Shown: piece after piece, positions 21,774 through 31,886 of the stretch | How the letters are laid out: the number at the start of each line of letters is the position of its first letter | Position numbering within the stretch: the first letter of the stretch is position 1 | Assembly: GCA_000999025.1 (NCBI GenBank) | Contig: LCFM01000001.1 | Location: forward strand, 1,198 to 65,197 | From: Parcubacteria group bacterium GW2011_GWA2_43_13 | Lineage (GTDB): Bacteria > Patescibacteriota > Patescibacteriia > UBA9629 > GWA2-43-13 | DNA length: 64,000 nucleotides | Direction: 5' to 3' | Position numbers and translations under genes: made by a program | Notes under the pieces: generated by a model | Database searches by the model: none | The model's input: only the letters and a program-made list of their open reading frames with translations | What the model was told of the DNA's origin: nothing

Positions 21774-24700
21774 TTACTTCTTTTTCAACCAGCCGAAGAT
21801 ATCAGAAAAATTCTTCACAATAACATCTATAACATTTTCCGTATTAGTCGCGGCAAGCATGGTATAGGTATCTGACTCGCTTTTGTTTCCACTTTCATCA
21901 ATACTCACAACTTTATACTGATACACCGCTCCTGGCGCTTGTCGTGTCAAAACAACAACGTGATTCCGAGTATATTCCTTACTCTCTTGAGTTTTCATTT
22001 CCTCACCTTGTGTCGCTCCCAATCCTGCCCAAAATACAACCTGACTATTTGACGGCTCATCTGTGCGCCATGTCATCAAGGTCTGCACTTTTGCCTCCAC
22101 TCCCGGATACAATGTTGACTGGGCATCAACTTGGCTGATCTGCGGACCTTCTCGGTCTATCAAGGTTGTTGCATCGCCCAGCACCCGCTCAACCGCTTTT
22201 TCGCTCCGATCACGGCTGATAATCCGCAACGCGTACCGCGTGCCAGGAGCAAGGTTTGTAAGTTCAATGTTGTGATCTAAAGAAAAATCCGTTTTTCCCT
22301 GCGTTCCCCTGCGTGCTGTGTCTAATGCGCCAGTTCCATTATATGGTGTATATTCCACCTGCCCGTCCGCATCCACATTTGTACGCCACTGCAATGTAAT
22401 GCGACTTGCGGTTATATCAGTAACATTGGCAACCACTATTTCTAATGTATCTGACGGCGTGATAAATTCATAATCACGGCTTTTTGCCACTGCACCGACA
22501 GCGCCTTGTGAACGCAACTGGTAATGATATTTTGTCGCAGATCGCAAATCGGAAATTTTAACAGTATGCTCGCTCACATATTCACGGGAATTACCCACCT
22601 CAACCAGATACGGTTCTTTTGCAGTTGAAGAATACAAAGCATCAGGAACAAGACCGACTAAACTATTTGACGACTTATCTGTTTTCCAATAAAACGTAGC
22701 ACTGGTTGGCGTTAATTCAATAATAGGCAACCCTTCCACAATTTGCGGGCCTGGAATGTCCTGCGAAGCAGTGGCGATTAACTCCTGCAACACACCCGGA
22801 TCATTCCTTAATGATCCTGATGCCAATTGCCGCACTAATTGTTCAAAATTCCGTGTTACCTTTTTTACCGCATCTTCTCGCGTGCCGGCATTTTGCGGCA
22901 CTTCCACTGACAAAGATAATGTTTTAGTTAAAATTTCTTTTTGTTCTTCTTTTGGTTTATCTTGTATCTCATTTTTAATCTCTTTTATTTTATCGGCAGT
23001 AAGCGGTTCTTGTATCACCTCTTCTTTCGGCGGTATCGGATCTGTCGCCTTGAGAGCGCCGGTTGTAAAATTCTTCACCTCACTACTTCGCTTATTGCCT
23101 GCGCTGTCCGCCACTTCCGCTTTTACAAAATATTTCGTCGCGCTCTTTAATCCGCTCAACGAAAGAGTATGAGTTGTGTTCAATGAGTCCGATTCTTTTG
23201 TTTGCGATAAACTCGCGCTTGTTGTTCCGTATGAAAGAATAGCGCGCGATGATTCATCTGTGCGGACGTTAATGACAGCTGTTGTTGAAGACGTTTCTGT
23301 TATATCAAAAATGAGAATACTCGGCGCGAGGCGATCCGGCTCAACAGTGATCATTCCGCTGGAAGCACCCGTTGTTGCCGCAGTTCTGAACGTCAAACTA
23401 TTACTGCTATTTTCTGTGGCGCTGTTAGCGCTCGCGTCTTTGCTCCGCACTTGATAATAATAGGTGGTAAATGCGTTCAGCCCTGTCAATACAACAGTAT
23501 GCGTTTGCCCGGCGCTTACCATTGTCGGCACACCTTGACTTAAACCATATGTTAAATTCGTACTGTAATCAATCCAACTATCACTGGTCTCGTTTGTCTG
23601 AAACGTAAGAGTTACAGTCGTTCCGCTCACCGAAGGAGTTCCGATAGCGCTGATTGTAGGCGCTGTTTGATCATCGCTTCCTGCTGTTTCACCAGTATCA
23701 ACTCTCCCGTTTGCTGTTCCTGCTACTGTACTTGATCTTTGGCTGACATTTCCAGCGCTGTCAACAGTAACAACATAATATGTATATGCCGTGCTATCGC
23801 TCACACTCGTATCAGTATAATAATTCACCTCATTATCACCGGCTATCGTACTTGCTAACGCATACGATCCGCTTCCAACTTTTCGGTATACTTTATAACT
23901 CCCAAATCCAGGCGCAGGATCTGCAACGACCTGCCATGATACAAACAACCGATACACCGGCGTGGATAATTTTGTGTTTGATGTCTCAATTATTGCCAGA
24001 TTTGTTGGCGTTGTCGGCGTAATGCTTGAAACGGTTGTGATATTTCCTTTCGCATCTTTAATATGCAAATATAGAGTCGCAGGATCGGCGCTTAACGCAT
24101 AATCTGTTTTACTGGTTGCGTATGTTTCGTACTCGCCGGTCGGACTACTGGTACTTGCCGCGCGCATGGTGATGGAATTGTCATCTGATCCTGCAATAGT
24201 TACATCCGCCGTATTTGCTGTTTCTTTATTTGCATTCACCACCAAGCTCACGCTGATTGGGTCTTTGGTATCTAATGTAAATGACGATGCATTAGCGCTT
24301 CCAAAACGATTTCCTGCCTCACCGTCATCTGCCAAAACCTTTACAACCATGCTCCCGTACAATCCGTCAATATCGGTATTGGCTGTCCATGCAATAGTTT
24401 TGCCAGTGCCAGTTGCAATATTTACGCCAACACCTGTTCCGCTTGTGGTAACTGCTTTTACAAACAACGCAGTGCCAGGTGTATGCGCCGCGGCCGCAGA
24501 GCTGTTTACCCCACGCGTGATAGTGCCTTGTAAATTACTCCCTGTTTTGGACGTATATGTCATCATCTCATTATCTATCAAAATCGTTGCCGCGTCTGGT
24601 AAATTCGCAATACTTGATACAATAATCGCAGTTGTATCGCTGTTAGATAATTCTTCGTTTAATGTTACCCCTGCTGGTTGATAATACACTGTAATATCGG

Positions 24701-27700
24701 CATCGCTGTTATCGGCATCGGCAAAATCATACGCAATATTCACAGCGCCGTCACTGCCTTGAGTTGCGGTAATATTACTGATAACCGGCGCGGCATTCAC
24801 AGTATAGGTTACTGTTACATCACTGACAGTTGGTGTTGCGAATCCTGCGCTTGCTAAAAAAAGTTTATATTGAAAATACTGATCATTCGCTCCGATATTC
24901 AAAAGATGTCCTGCCGCCAATGAAGAATTGTTATTGGCTGTTTCAAAATAGTTACTCCCACTGCACGATCCGGCGGAATCCGCATATCCGCACCAATTGC
25001 TCCACGTATTACCATCTGATGAAGAACGAATTTGGAATTTTATGGTCTCGGTTCCGGATGTTCCTGTGGCCGTCCATGCAATTTTATTCATCACATTGCC
25101 TGATGACTGGGTGTTAAATGTATTAGAAGTGAGCGTGCCAGGTTGATAATTGTTATACGCAATCGTAATATCGCTTAAGGTAGAGGTATAGCCAGTATCT
25201 GCGGTTGCAAGAAATAATTTATACCTGATATACCGCTTGCCGTTTAATGCTGAATGAATAGCTGTTCCTGATGAGCTAAAATACGTTCCACTTGTTCCAT
25301 CGCTACCGACATAGTCGCCAGAGACCCAACCGCTGTCTGCGTCTTTTCCGGCGACTTGCACGCTGAACGCATTATCTCCTGTTTGCGAAGGAACGGTAGA
25401 TGTCCATGTGAGATTGCCAAAACTCGCAGGCAGTGTTGCCAAATCAATGGTCGCGGATTCAAAGTTGCCTGATGTGGTATATGCATTAGTAGATACCAAA
25501 TACCTAAACAGCGCATATGTATTATTAGCTGTAGTATAATATACTCCTATATGCGTACTTTCTGTAACAAAAACCATACCAGTCGTCGTATAATTTGACG
25601 AATCTCCACTTACAGACGTACCTCCTAATGCAGTCCACGCGTTATCAGCAATAGAATATTTTAAAAATTCGTATGACGAAACTCCAGGCGTAAGATAAAA
25701 TAGACCGTTAGTAGAATCATATGCAAACCCAGCACCCCCTTGTATTGTACCTGCGCTTGAGGGAGCCGATTTTGCGCTCCATACTCCTGTCCCAGCATTA
25801 TAGGTGTACAATGTTGGGCTTGATCCTCCAAACAACACATAAAAAACTCCGTCTGTAACATAATATCGAGCAAAATTCCCATAATTATTATTTGCGTTTT
25901 GAGGCGCGGCTGTCAGTGTTTCCCAAGAATTGCCAGATATACTGTAACGATAAAAAGTAGTTGCACCACCACCTGCAAGTACATAAATATAATTATCTCC
26001 CGGAACACGAAAAACAACAGATCCAGTGGTGATTGTGCCCGGCGCGTCAGTCAACGGAGCGATGGTATTGGTGGAGATAGTATATTTTTTAAATGTTGCT
26101 GTTGCTCCACCATAAACAATATAAATAGTATCTGATGTGCCGTCACGAGATAGTGAATATCCATTACTCACAGAGCCACCGATTGACGCGCTTGCTGTGC
26201 ATGTATTTGAGGTGATGGAATATTTATAAACAGTATTATTACCGTTTCCTAAAAAAAATATTTCATCATCAATGCTGTTGCGGATCATACCAACACCTCT
26301 AGCGCTATTATTTCCCATGCAAGTTGAAAGGGATGACCAAGTATCTGTACTTATTGTATATTTGACAAGGTTATTATTCCCTCCCCCCCTGTGTATAAAA
26401 ATCTTCCCATCTCCGTCAGCATATATCATCTGCGCACCAGATGCAAAATAATAAATGGGAGAAACAGACAGAGATGAACTATCAGAACTCTGCCAAGAAT
26501 TTCCCGAAATAGAATATCGAGCAAAATGAGGCTGAGATAATTGATACCCATAAATATAATCACCCAAAATCACAGGGTGCTTTGCATTGAAAGCGACAGT
26601 GCCTGGAACAGAGCTTGACCATGTTCCACCTGCAATTGAATATATTCTAATGATTGCTGAAAAAACAGCATAAAGATTCGTTCCTGCGTCATTTATGAAC
26701 AGATTTCCGTTGCCATTTACCGTCGCTGGCAATGAAGTAAGAGCGCTCCAATTATCATCTCCGGTTGCATATTTATAAAAACTACTAGATCCTCCTCCGA
26801 CTACAACATAAATATCAGTTCCCACCATCCGCATTGATCCTCCATCCCCTACAGATGCCGGCACAATGGCTAATGTACTCCAACTATTGCCTGAAATAGA
26901 ATACTTATAAAATCCGGTTGAGCTATTACCACTCATAACATAAATGCCATTTGAACCATCCCAAAGCATCCGTGCTCCGGTACTAACACCCGAAGGAACA
27001 GATGTAAGAGCACTACTCCAAGTCCCTGCACTTATCGAATATCTATAAAACAGTACACCCCCGCCTGCAGGCAAAAAATAAATATAACCATCTGCAAGTA
27101 ACAATCCTCCACCCGAATCACTTGAAGTGGTTGCTGTGGAATTTAATGTTACCCATTGATTCGTGCTGATAGAGTATTTATAAAAACCAGTACCCGCAGC
27201 ACCTCTTGTAACATATAGATCAGTCCCATTCAACACCATCCGAGGGTTCCCTATTGTTTCTGGAGCAGATGCCAATGTAGTCCACTGATTTGTGCTAATT
27301 GTATATTTATAAAAATTGGTTGTCGTTACTCCTGCTAATACATATAAGTCGTCTGTACCATAGGGAAGCATTGGTGCATTTATTGATCCAACAGGAAGTC
27401 TAGCGAAAGATGTGCTCCACGCGTTTACAGCAGATGTTCCGCCTTGCAAAGTAACGGTCCCGCTCGCTCCGGAACCGTTCACTTGGGTGGATGTGTTTGC
27501 GCCATTTCCAAATCCGCCACCTGTGGCGCTACTAGTGGTTGTTAATGTGCCGTCGTCAGTTGCGGTAAAAGATGATGTTGCAAGCGTGATATCGGCACCT
27601 GCGGTAACATTACTATCTTTGTCTAAATATTCTGTCCATCCGTTTTGGTTAGAGGCGTGCGTTGCCGGATTTTCCGTTTCAGTATTCCATGCGGTTTGAA

Positions 27701-27830
27701 GAAAGGTATAGTTTGCGCTTCTGCCAAAATCCCAAAATGATGCAAGTAATATCACAACCACAAACATCACCATAGCGCCACACCCAATACCTATTAAAAA
27801 TGTTTTTTTATTTTTAAAAAACTGAATCAT
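21774..27830 (-). CDS. Giant surface protein: N-terminal TM, Kelch-like propeller repeats, several FN3-like domains
   Basis: 14 YxYxxxxxxW-type blades, then FN3-like repeats (HTVVLTGLNAFTTYYYQVRSKD, HTLSLSGLKSATKY, HNIELTNLAPGTRY). Confidence 0.85.
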   Translation of the reverse strand: MIQFFKNKKTFLIGIGCGAMVMFVVVILLASFWDFGRSANYTFLQTAWNTETENPATHASNQNGWTEYLDKDSNVTAGADITLATSSFTATDDGTLTTTSSATGGGFGNGANTSTQVNGSGASGTVTLQGGTSAVNAWSTSFARLPVGSINAPMLPYGTDDLYVLAGVTTTNFYKYTISTNQWTTLASAPETIGNPRMVLNGTDLYVTRGAAGTGFYKYSISTNQWVTLNSTATTSSDSGGGLLLADGYIYFLPAGGGVLFYRYSISAGTWSSALTSVPSGVSTGARMLWDGSNGIYVMSGNSSTGFYKYSISGNSWSTLAIVPASVGDGGSMRMVGTDIYVVVGGGSSSFYKYATGDDNWSALTSLPATVNGNGNLFINDAGTNLYAVFSAIIRIYSIAGGTWSSSVPGTVAFNAKHPVILGDYIYGYQLSQPHFARYSISGNSWQSSDSSSLSVSPIYYFASGAQMIYADGDGKIFIHRGGGNNNLVKYTISTDTWSSLSTCMGNNSARGVGMIRNSIDDEIFFLGNGNNTVYKYSITSNTCTASASIGGSVSNGYSLSRDGTSDTIYIVYGGATATFKKYTISTNTIAPLTDAPGTITTGSVVFRVPGDNYIYVLAGGGATTFYRYSISGNSWETLTAAPQNANNNYGNFARYYVTDGVFYVLFGGSSPTLYTYNAGTGVWSAKSAPSSAGTIQGGAGFAYDSTNGLFYLTPGVSSYEFLKYSIADNAWTALGGTSVSGDSSNYTTTGMVFVTESTHIGVYYTTANNTYALFRYLVSTNAYTTSGNFESATIDLATLPASFGNLTWTSTVPSQTGDNAFSVQVAGKDADSGWVSGDYVGSDGTSGTYFSSSGTAIHSALNGKRYIRYKLFLATADTGYTSTLSDITIAYNNYQPGTLTSNTFNTQSSGNVMNKIAWTATGTSGTETIKFQIRSSSDGNTWSNWCGYADSAGSCSGSNYFETANNNSSLAAGHLLNIGANDQYFQYKLFLASAGFATPTVSDVTVTYTVNAAPVISNITATQGSDGAVNIAYDFADADNSDADITVYYQPAGVTLNEELSNSDTTAIIVSSIANLPDAATILIDNEMMTYTSKTGSNLQGTITRGVNSSAAAAHTPGTALFVKAVTTSGTGVGVNIATGTGKTIAWTANTDIDGLYGSMVVKVLADDGEAGNRFGSANASSFTLDTKDPISVSLVVNANKETANTADVTIAGSDDNSITMRAASTSSPTGEYETYATSKTDYALSADPATLYLHIKDAKGNITTVSSITPTTPTNLAIIETSNTKLSTPVYRLFVSWQVVADPAPGFGSYKVYRKVGSGSYALASTIAGDNEVNYYTDTSVSDSTAYTYYVVTVDSAGNVSQRSSTVAGTANGRVDTGETAGSDDQTAPTISAIGTPSVSGTTVTLTFQTNETSDSWIDYSTNLTYGLSQGVPTMVSAGQTHTVVLTGLNAFTTYYYQVRSKDASANSATENSSNSLTFRTAATTGASSGMITVEPDRLAPSILIFDITETSSTTAVINVRTDESSRAILSYGTTSASLSQTKESDSLNTTHTLSLSGLKSATKYFVKAEVADSAGNKRSSEVKNFTTGALKATDPIPPKEEVIQEPLTADKIKEIKNEIQDKPKEEQKEILTKTLSLSVEVPQNAGTREDAVKKVTRNFEQLVRQLASGSLRNDPGVLQELIATASQDIPGPQIVEGLPIIELTPTSATFYWKTDKSSNSLVGLVPDALYSSTAKEPYLVEVGNSREYVSEHTVKISDLRSATKYHYQLRSQGAVGAVAKSRDYEFITPSDTLEIVVANVTDITASRITLQWRTNVDADGQVEYTPYNGTGALDTARRGTQGKTDFSLDHNIELTNLAPGTRYALRIISRDRSEKAVERVLGDATTLIDREGPQISQVDAQSTLYPGVEAKVQTLMTWRTDEPSNSQVVFWAGLGATQGEEMKTQESKEYTRNHVVVLTRQAPGAVYQYKVVSIDESGNKSESDTYTMLAATNTENVIDVIVKNFSDIFGWLKKK

Positions 27831-27894
27831 AGGACCATCTTCAAAACAAACAAAAAAGTTATGCACAATTTATAATAGTATATCACATTTCATT

Positions 27895-27922
27895 GTAGAG
27901 ACGTATAGCAATACGTCTCTAC
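27895..27922. repeat. Family A palindrome overlapping the UvrD stop codon
   Basis: GTAGAGACGTATagcaATACGTCTCTAC; TAG at 27919-27921 on the minus strand. Confidence 0.9.
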
Positions 27923-30900
27923 GCATCGCTGAAATCACACATTTTTTTAAACGGACACCACTGGCAATGATAGCCAGGGGTTGCAGAAAACGCACTCTCC
28001 TCCATATGCTGAATCTGCTGTTTGATATTGAGCTGTAATTGCTCAAGGTCATCAGTGCCTCCTAAAAATGAGACCATTGAATCATCTTCAAGATAATGAT
28101 ATGTCAATCGCAACGGCACATACCCCAACACCTGTTGAACCGCAATCTGATACAATAACAATTGATGCTTGTCTTCTATGCTCATCTTGTCTCCTTTCGG
28201 CGTACCGGTTTTGTAATCAATGATTTCAACCCCTTCGTGCCCATCTATCACAATCGGATCAATGCGGTCAATACGACCCCACAGCGCGTATCGTTTCCCA
28301 TTATTCATCACTGGAAATTCAAACATTTTTTCAAGCGCAATTGGAACCGGCCATCCGCCTTTATATCGCTCTATCAGTGATGCAATAATCTCTTTCCCTT
28401 TTTTATCATACTCGTCTCGTTGTGTTTTTGATGTATACCAATCATCAATCCAACACTGATCATAGAATTTTAATAATTCCTTTTCTTCTAACACAATAGT
28501 GCTACCGGTTTCAGAAATGCTGTTGCCAAAAAGATCTGTCTGACCAATACGGGATGCGCGATCCTGAACCAAAAAAAACGCTTTTTGTAGCAATGAATGC
28601 ATAGTGGTGCCAAAAGAAAACATTGGCGTGCCTTCAACTACTGGAACTTTTAAAATATGTTCGTATTTATATTTCAGCGGGCAGGTTGCGAATGATTGTA
28701 ATTTTGTGTGGCTTAATGCATAAATATTTCGATATTTTGATATGTCGATATTTCGGGTGTCGGATTGCGGATTGTGGGGATCAATACCGCCCTCGGAGCG
28801 TAGAGACGGGGTTAACCCCGTCTCTACGGATGGGAGGGAGAGAATGTTTGCCACAATGTTTGCCTCAACAACAAACCGCGAGATTTTCTTTTTTCTTACT
28901 CCGCCGTAATCATCCGCGCTGGTAAAGTAAAGCGCATTTTTTGCCCGTGTCATGGCGACATAGCAAAGCCGCCGCTCTTCCTGCAGGTGTTCGTCTCCTG
29001 TTGGCAGTGTTTCGTGAATCAAGTCATCAGGGAGCGGGATACTATCCCCACGATTTGAAGTTGGAAACTTTTGTTCCACCATATTCACCACGCAGACAGT
29101 ATCAAACTCAAGCCCTTTCGCAGAATGCACAGTTAAAATATTGACCGCGTCTTCATCTCGTAATTCCAATTGTTCAAACCTGCCGTCATTGCCTGACCCG
29201 CGCTCAAGTTCAATTTCATCTGTAAAATGCTTAATGTGTGTATCGTCATGCGATTGCTCAAATTCGGCAACACGCTGATAAAACTGGCCCACGCACCATA
29301 AATCATCAATCGCTCTTTGCTGTTCTTGGGATGCGGGACTATTTGCTCTATCGCTTAATACCTTCATATACCCACTCTCTTGCATAAAATCATCAATAAT
29401 CTGGCCAGCAGAGTACTCGCGCGCAAGCGCAGTATGGCGGGAAATCAAATGAGTAAGTTTTTGAATACGCTCCCGCGCTTCGTCTGAAAGCGACGGAATA
29501 AGTTGCGCGTCTTTTAACGCCTCATAAAACGACACTGCTTTTCTTTTCATGTACTGTTGAATACAGGAAATATCCTCATACCGAATGGCATATACAGGAG
29601 TTGTCAGTAAACGGTAACACGACTGGGCATCATGGTAGTTATCCAAAAGATTAATATACGCAAAAATATCTAAAATAACCGGCGTACGATACAACCCCCG
29701 TTGCGCCCAAAATTGATATGGTATCTGTTCTGATCCGCACGCACGGCAGAATGGGTCAGCAGAATCATTTGCTCGCACAAGAAGCGCCATATCTTTCCAC
29801 GCAACGCCGGTATCATGCCTCTGTTTGAGAAGCGCCATAACAGATCCAATTTCATCATCAAGCTTTGCGCAATGAATATGTTTGATAATCCCTATTTCAT
29901 GCGACTGGGAAATGAGTTTTTTTGAAATTGGCATGTGCCGATTATCTACTCCCGTAGAGACGGGGTTAACCCCGTCTCTACGTGGCATAAGCGTCTCTAC
30001 ACTCTCATCCTCTTTATCCCGCCTTCCCGAACTCTTCAACTGCGCCTCTAATCGATCAGGATTATTATACTGAATAAGAGTGTATGCAGAATCCAATATA
30101 TTCTGCTTTGACCTATAATTTTGCGTAAGAACAATCTCCTCGCTTTCTGGAAAATCTTTTTTAAAACTTAAAATATTGCTCACTGACGCGCCGCGAAATT
30201 TATAAATTGCCTGATCATCATCTCCCACAACCATGATATTTTTTTCACGGCCTGCAGAGACGCCCCCCTGGGGCGTCTCATCTCGCGCGCCATTAGAGAC
30301 GCGCCCCTGGCGCGTCTCTACCCCTACAAGAAGTTTAGTGAGTTCATATTGTGCCCAGTTCGTATCCTGAAATTCATCAACTAATATGTAGTGGAACTTC
30401 TGTTGATAATACGCCCTCACGCGCGGACGCTGTTGCAACAACTGCACGGCATAGACAATAAGATCGCCAAAATCCATCACATTCTCTGTGAGCAATAATT
30501 GCTGATATGAGTGATAGATATGTGCTATTTCTTGAACGCGATCTGACTTGCTCTCATCTCCGGCTTCGGCACGATCTTTGTTTAATCTTATACTATCAGC
30601 ATATTCCAAATACCGTTCAGGTGTAATCAGCTCATCTTTTGCGCGGCTGAAATGTTTTAACAAATCACGCAAAAATTTTGTCGGATTGCCTTTGGGCTTA
30701 TAATATGAAAGTGGCAGATCATCAAGATGATTGCGTAACAACAGCCACTGATCTGTTTCATTTAACAACTTTGCGTCAGCTGGTAAACCGATCTCAATAC
30801 CAAACCTGCGTATAATTTTTTCGCAAAATGAATGAAAAGTTGAAATTTCTAAATCATAATATCCCTGCGTCAAAAGCCCGGCAACGCGATCTTCCATTTC

Positions 30901-31095
30901 GGCAGACGCTTTGTCAGTAAAGGTAAGCGCGAGAATGCGATCGCTTGAAATTTTTTTTTCTTCAATCAGCCATGCGATACGACGGGTAATAACTGTTGTT
31001 TTTCCGGTTCCTGCGCCAGCGATAATCAGCACAGGGCCATCTTGCGCAGTGACTGCCTGAAGTTGCTCATTGTTTAATCCTTCTAAATGATTCAT
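27919..31095 (-). CDS. UvrD/PcrA SF1 helicase fused to a C-terminal PD-(D/E)XK nuclease with a 4-Cys (Fe-S staple-like) motif
   Basis: AGAGTGKT, LVDEFQD, VGDDDQAIYKFRGA, TVHSAKGLEF, EERRLCYVAMTRAK; CPLKY...GRIDRID...IIDYKTG...CQWCPFKKMC. Confidence 0.92.
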   Translation of the reverse strand: MNHLEGLNNEQLQAVTAQDGPVLIIAGAGTGKTTVITRRIAWLIEEKKISSDRILALTFTDKASAEMEDRVAGLLTQGYYDLEISTFHSFCEKIIRRFGIEIGLPADAKLLNETDQWLLLRNHLDDLPLSYYKPKGNPTKFLRDLLKHFSRAKDELITPERYLEYADSIRLNKDRAEAGDESKSDRVQEIAHIYHSYQQLLLTENVMDFGDLIVYAVQLLQQRPRVRAYYQQKFHYILVDEFQDTNWAQYELTKLLVGVETRQGRVSNGARDETPQGGVSAGREKNIMVVGDDDQAIYKFRGASVSNILSFKKDFPESEEIVLTQNYRSKQNILDSAYTLIQYNNPDRLEAQLKSSGRRDKEDESVETLMPRRDGVNPVSTGVDNRHMPISKKLISQSHEIGIIKHIHCAKLDDEIGSVMALLKQRHDTGVAWKDMALLVRANDSADPFCRACGSEQIPYQFWAQRGLYRTPVILDIFAYINLLDNYHDAQSCYRLLTTPVYAIRYEDISCIQQYMKRKAVSFYEALKDAQLIPSLSDEARERIQKLTHLISRHTALAREYSAGQIIDDFMQESGYMKVLSDRANSPASQEQQRAIDDLWCVGQFYQRVAEFEQSHDDTHIKHFTDEIELERGSGNDGRFEQLELRDEDAVNILTVHSAKGLEFDTVCVVNMVEQKFPTSNRGDSIPLPDDLIHETLPTGDEHLQEERRLCYVAMTRAKNALYFTSADDYGGVRKKKISRFVVEANIVANILSLPSVETGLTPSLRSEGGIDPHNPQSDTRNIDISKYRNIYALSHTKLQSFATCPLKYKYEHILKVPVVEGTPMFSFGTTMHSLLQKAFFLVQDRASRIGQTDLFGNSISETGSTIVLEEKELLKFYDQCWIDDWYTSKTQRDEYDKKGKEIIASLIERYKGGWPVPIALEKMFEFPVMNNGKRYALWGRIDRIDPIVIDGHEGVEIIDYKTGTPKGDKMSIEDKHQLLLYQIAVQQVLGYVPLRLTYHYLEDDSMVSFLGGTDDLEQLQLNIKQQIQHMEESAFSATPGYHCQWCPFKKMCDFSDA

Positions 31096-31156
31096 ATGTA
31101 AACATCATGTAAAGTGTATACGACCCTCTCATCTCAATGAATACCTTGGAAGTAAA

Positions 31157-31270
31157 CCTCTCCCTCCCCCCTCCTTGGTAAGGAGGAGGAATAACGCACG
31201 GCCTCTCTCCTTTACAAAGGAAAAAGATAACGACGACCTCTCTCCTTGACAAGGAGTGGGTAGGTGAGGT
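31157..31270. repeat. Cluster of family B palindromes (CCCTCTCCTT-N-AAGGAGAGGG)
   Basis: Three imperfect copies in the divergent spacer; the same family occurs at 48747, 49756, 54424, 54763 and 57410. Confidence 0.85.
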
Positions 31271-31316
31271 AAAAAGTTGACTCTTTTTGCTAAAAGATTT
31301 ATATATACAGTAATAT

Positions 31317-31886
31317 ATGATCCAACAATGGATAGCAACTTTTTTACTTGCCATGACGCCGATTGGAGAACTCCGAGCCGCTATTCCGGTAGCGCTTGCG
31401 GTGTATAAACTCAGCCCATGGCCTGTGCTGTTCGTCGCCATCGCAGGGAATATCATTCCTGTTTTTTTTATCTATCAGGCATTGGTGTGGATTGAACACA
31501 CAATACAATCATCATTAGAGAAAACACTCTCGCTGTTGCATCACGGCAATCGGGAAGAATTTATAAAAATAGTACTTGAAGATCCACAAAAAATAAAACC
31601 CCATCTGTCAAACACTCTCTTGTTGTGGGGATTCGCTTTGTATACTTTTTTACTCCGCAGGACTGCAAAAAAGTATGTCAACGCTCATAAACAACTTACC
31701 TTTTTTTCTCTTGCCGCGTTTGTCGCAATACCATTGCCAATGACCGGCGCCTGGACCGGCACGATACTGGCCTATCTCTTGGGAATCCCGCTCGGCAGAG
31801 CATTCCCATCCATATTGCTCGGCATTGGAATAGCAGGACTTATCACCACAGTGCTCTCATTAGGAGGCATCGCGCTTTCAAGTTAG
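31317..31886 (+). CDS. Small multidrug export-like membrane protein (COG2426)
   Basis: MTPIGELRAAIP and FVAIPLPMTGAWTG. Confidence 0.88.
   Translation: MIQQWIATFLLAMTPIGELRAAIPVALAVYKLSPWPVLFVAIAGNIIPVFFIYQALVWIEHTIQSSLEKTLSLLHHGNREEFIKIVLEDPQKIKPHLSNTLLLWGFALYTFLLRRTAKKYVNAHKQLTFFSLAAFVAIPLPMTGAWTGTILAYLLGIPLGRAFPSILLGIGIAGLITTVLSLGGIALSS

Noticed and set aside
31067-31456. Minus-strand ORFs containing PPYQGGG-type peptides (similar cases at 48621-48803 and 49680-50000)
   Set aside because: Chance frames through family B clusters that overlap real genes.
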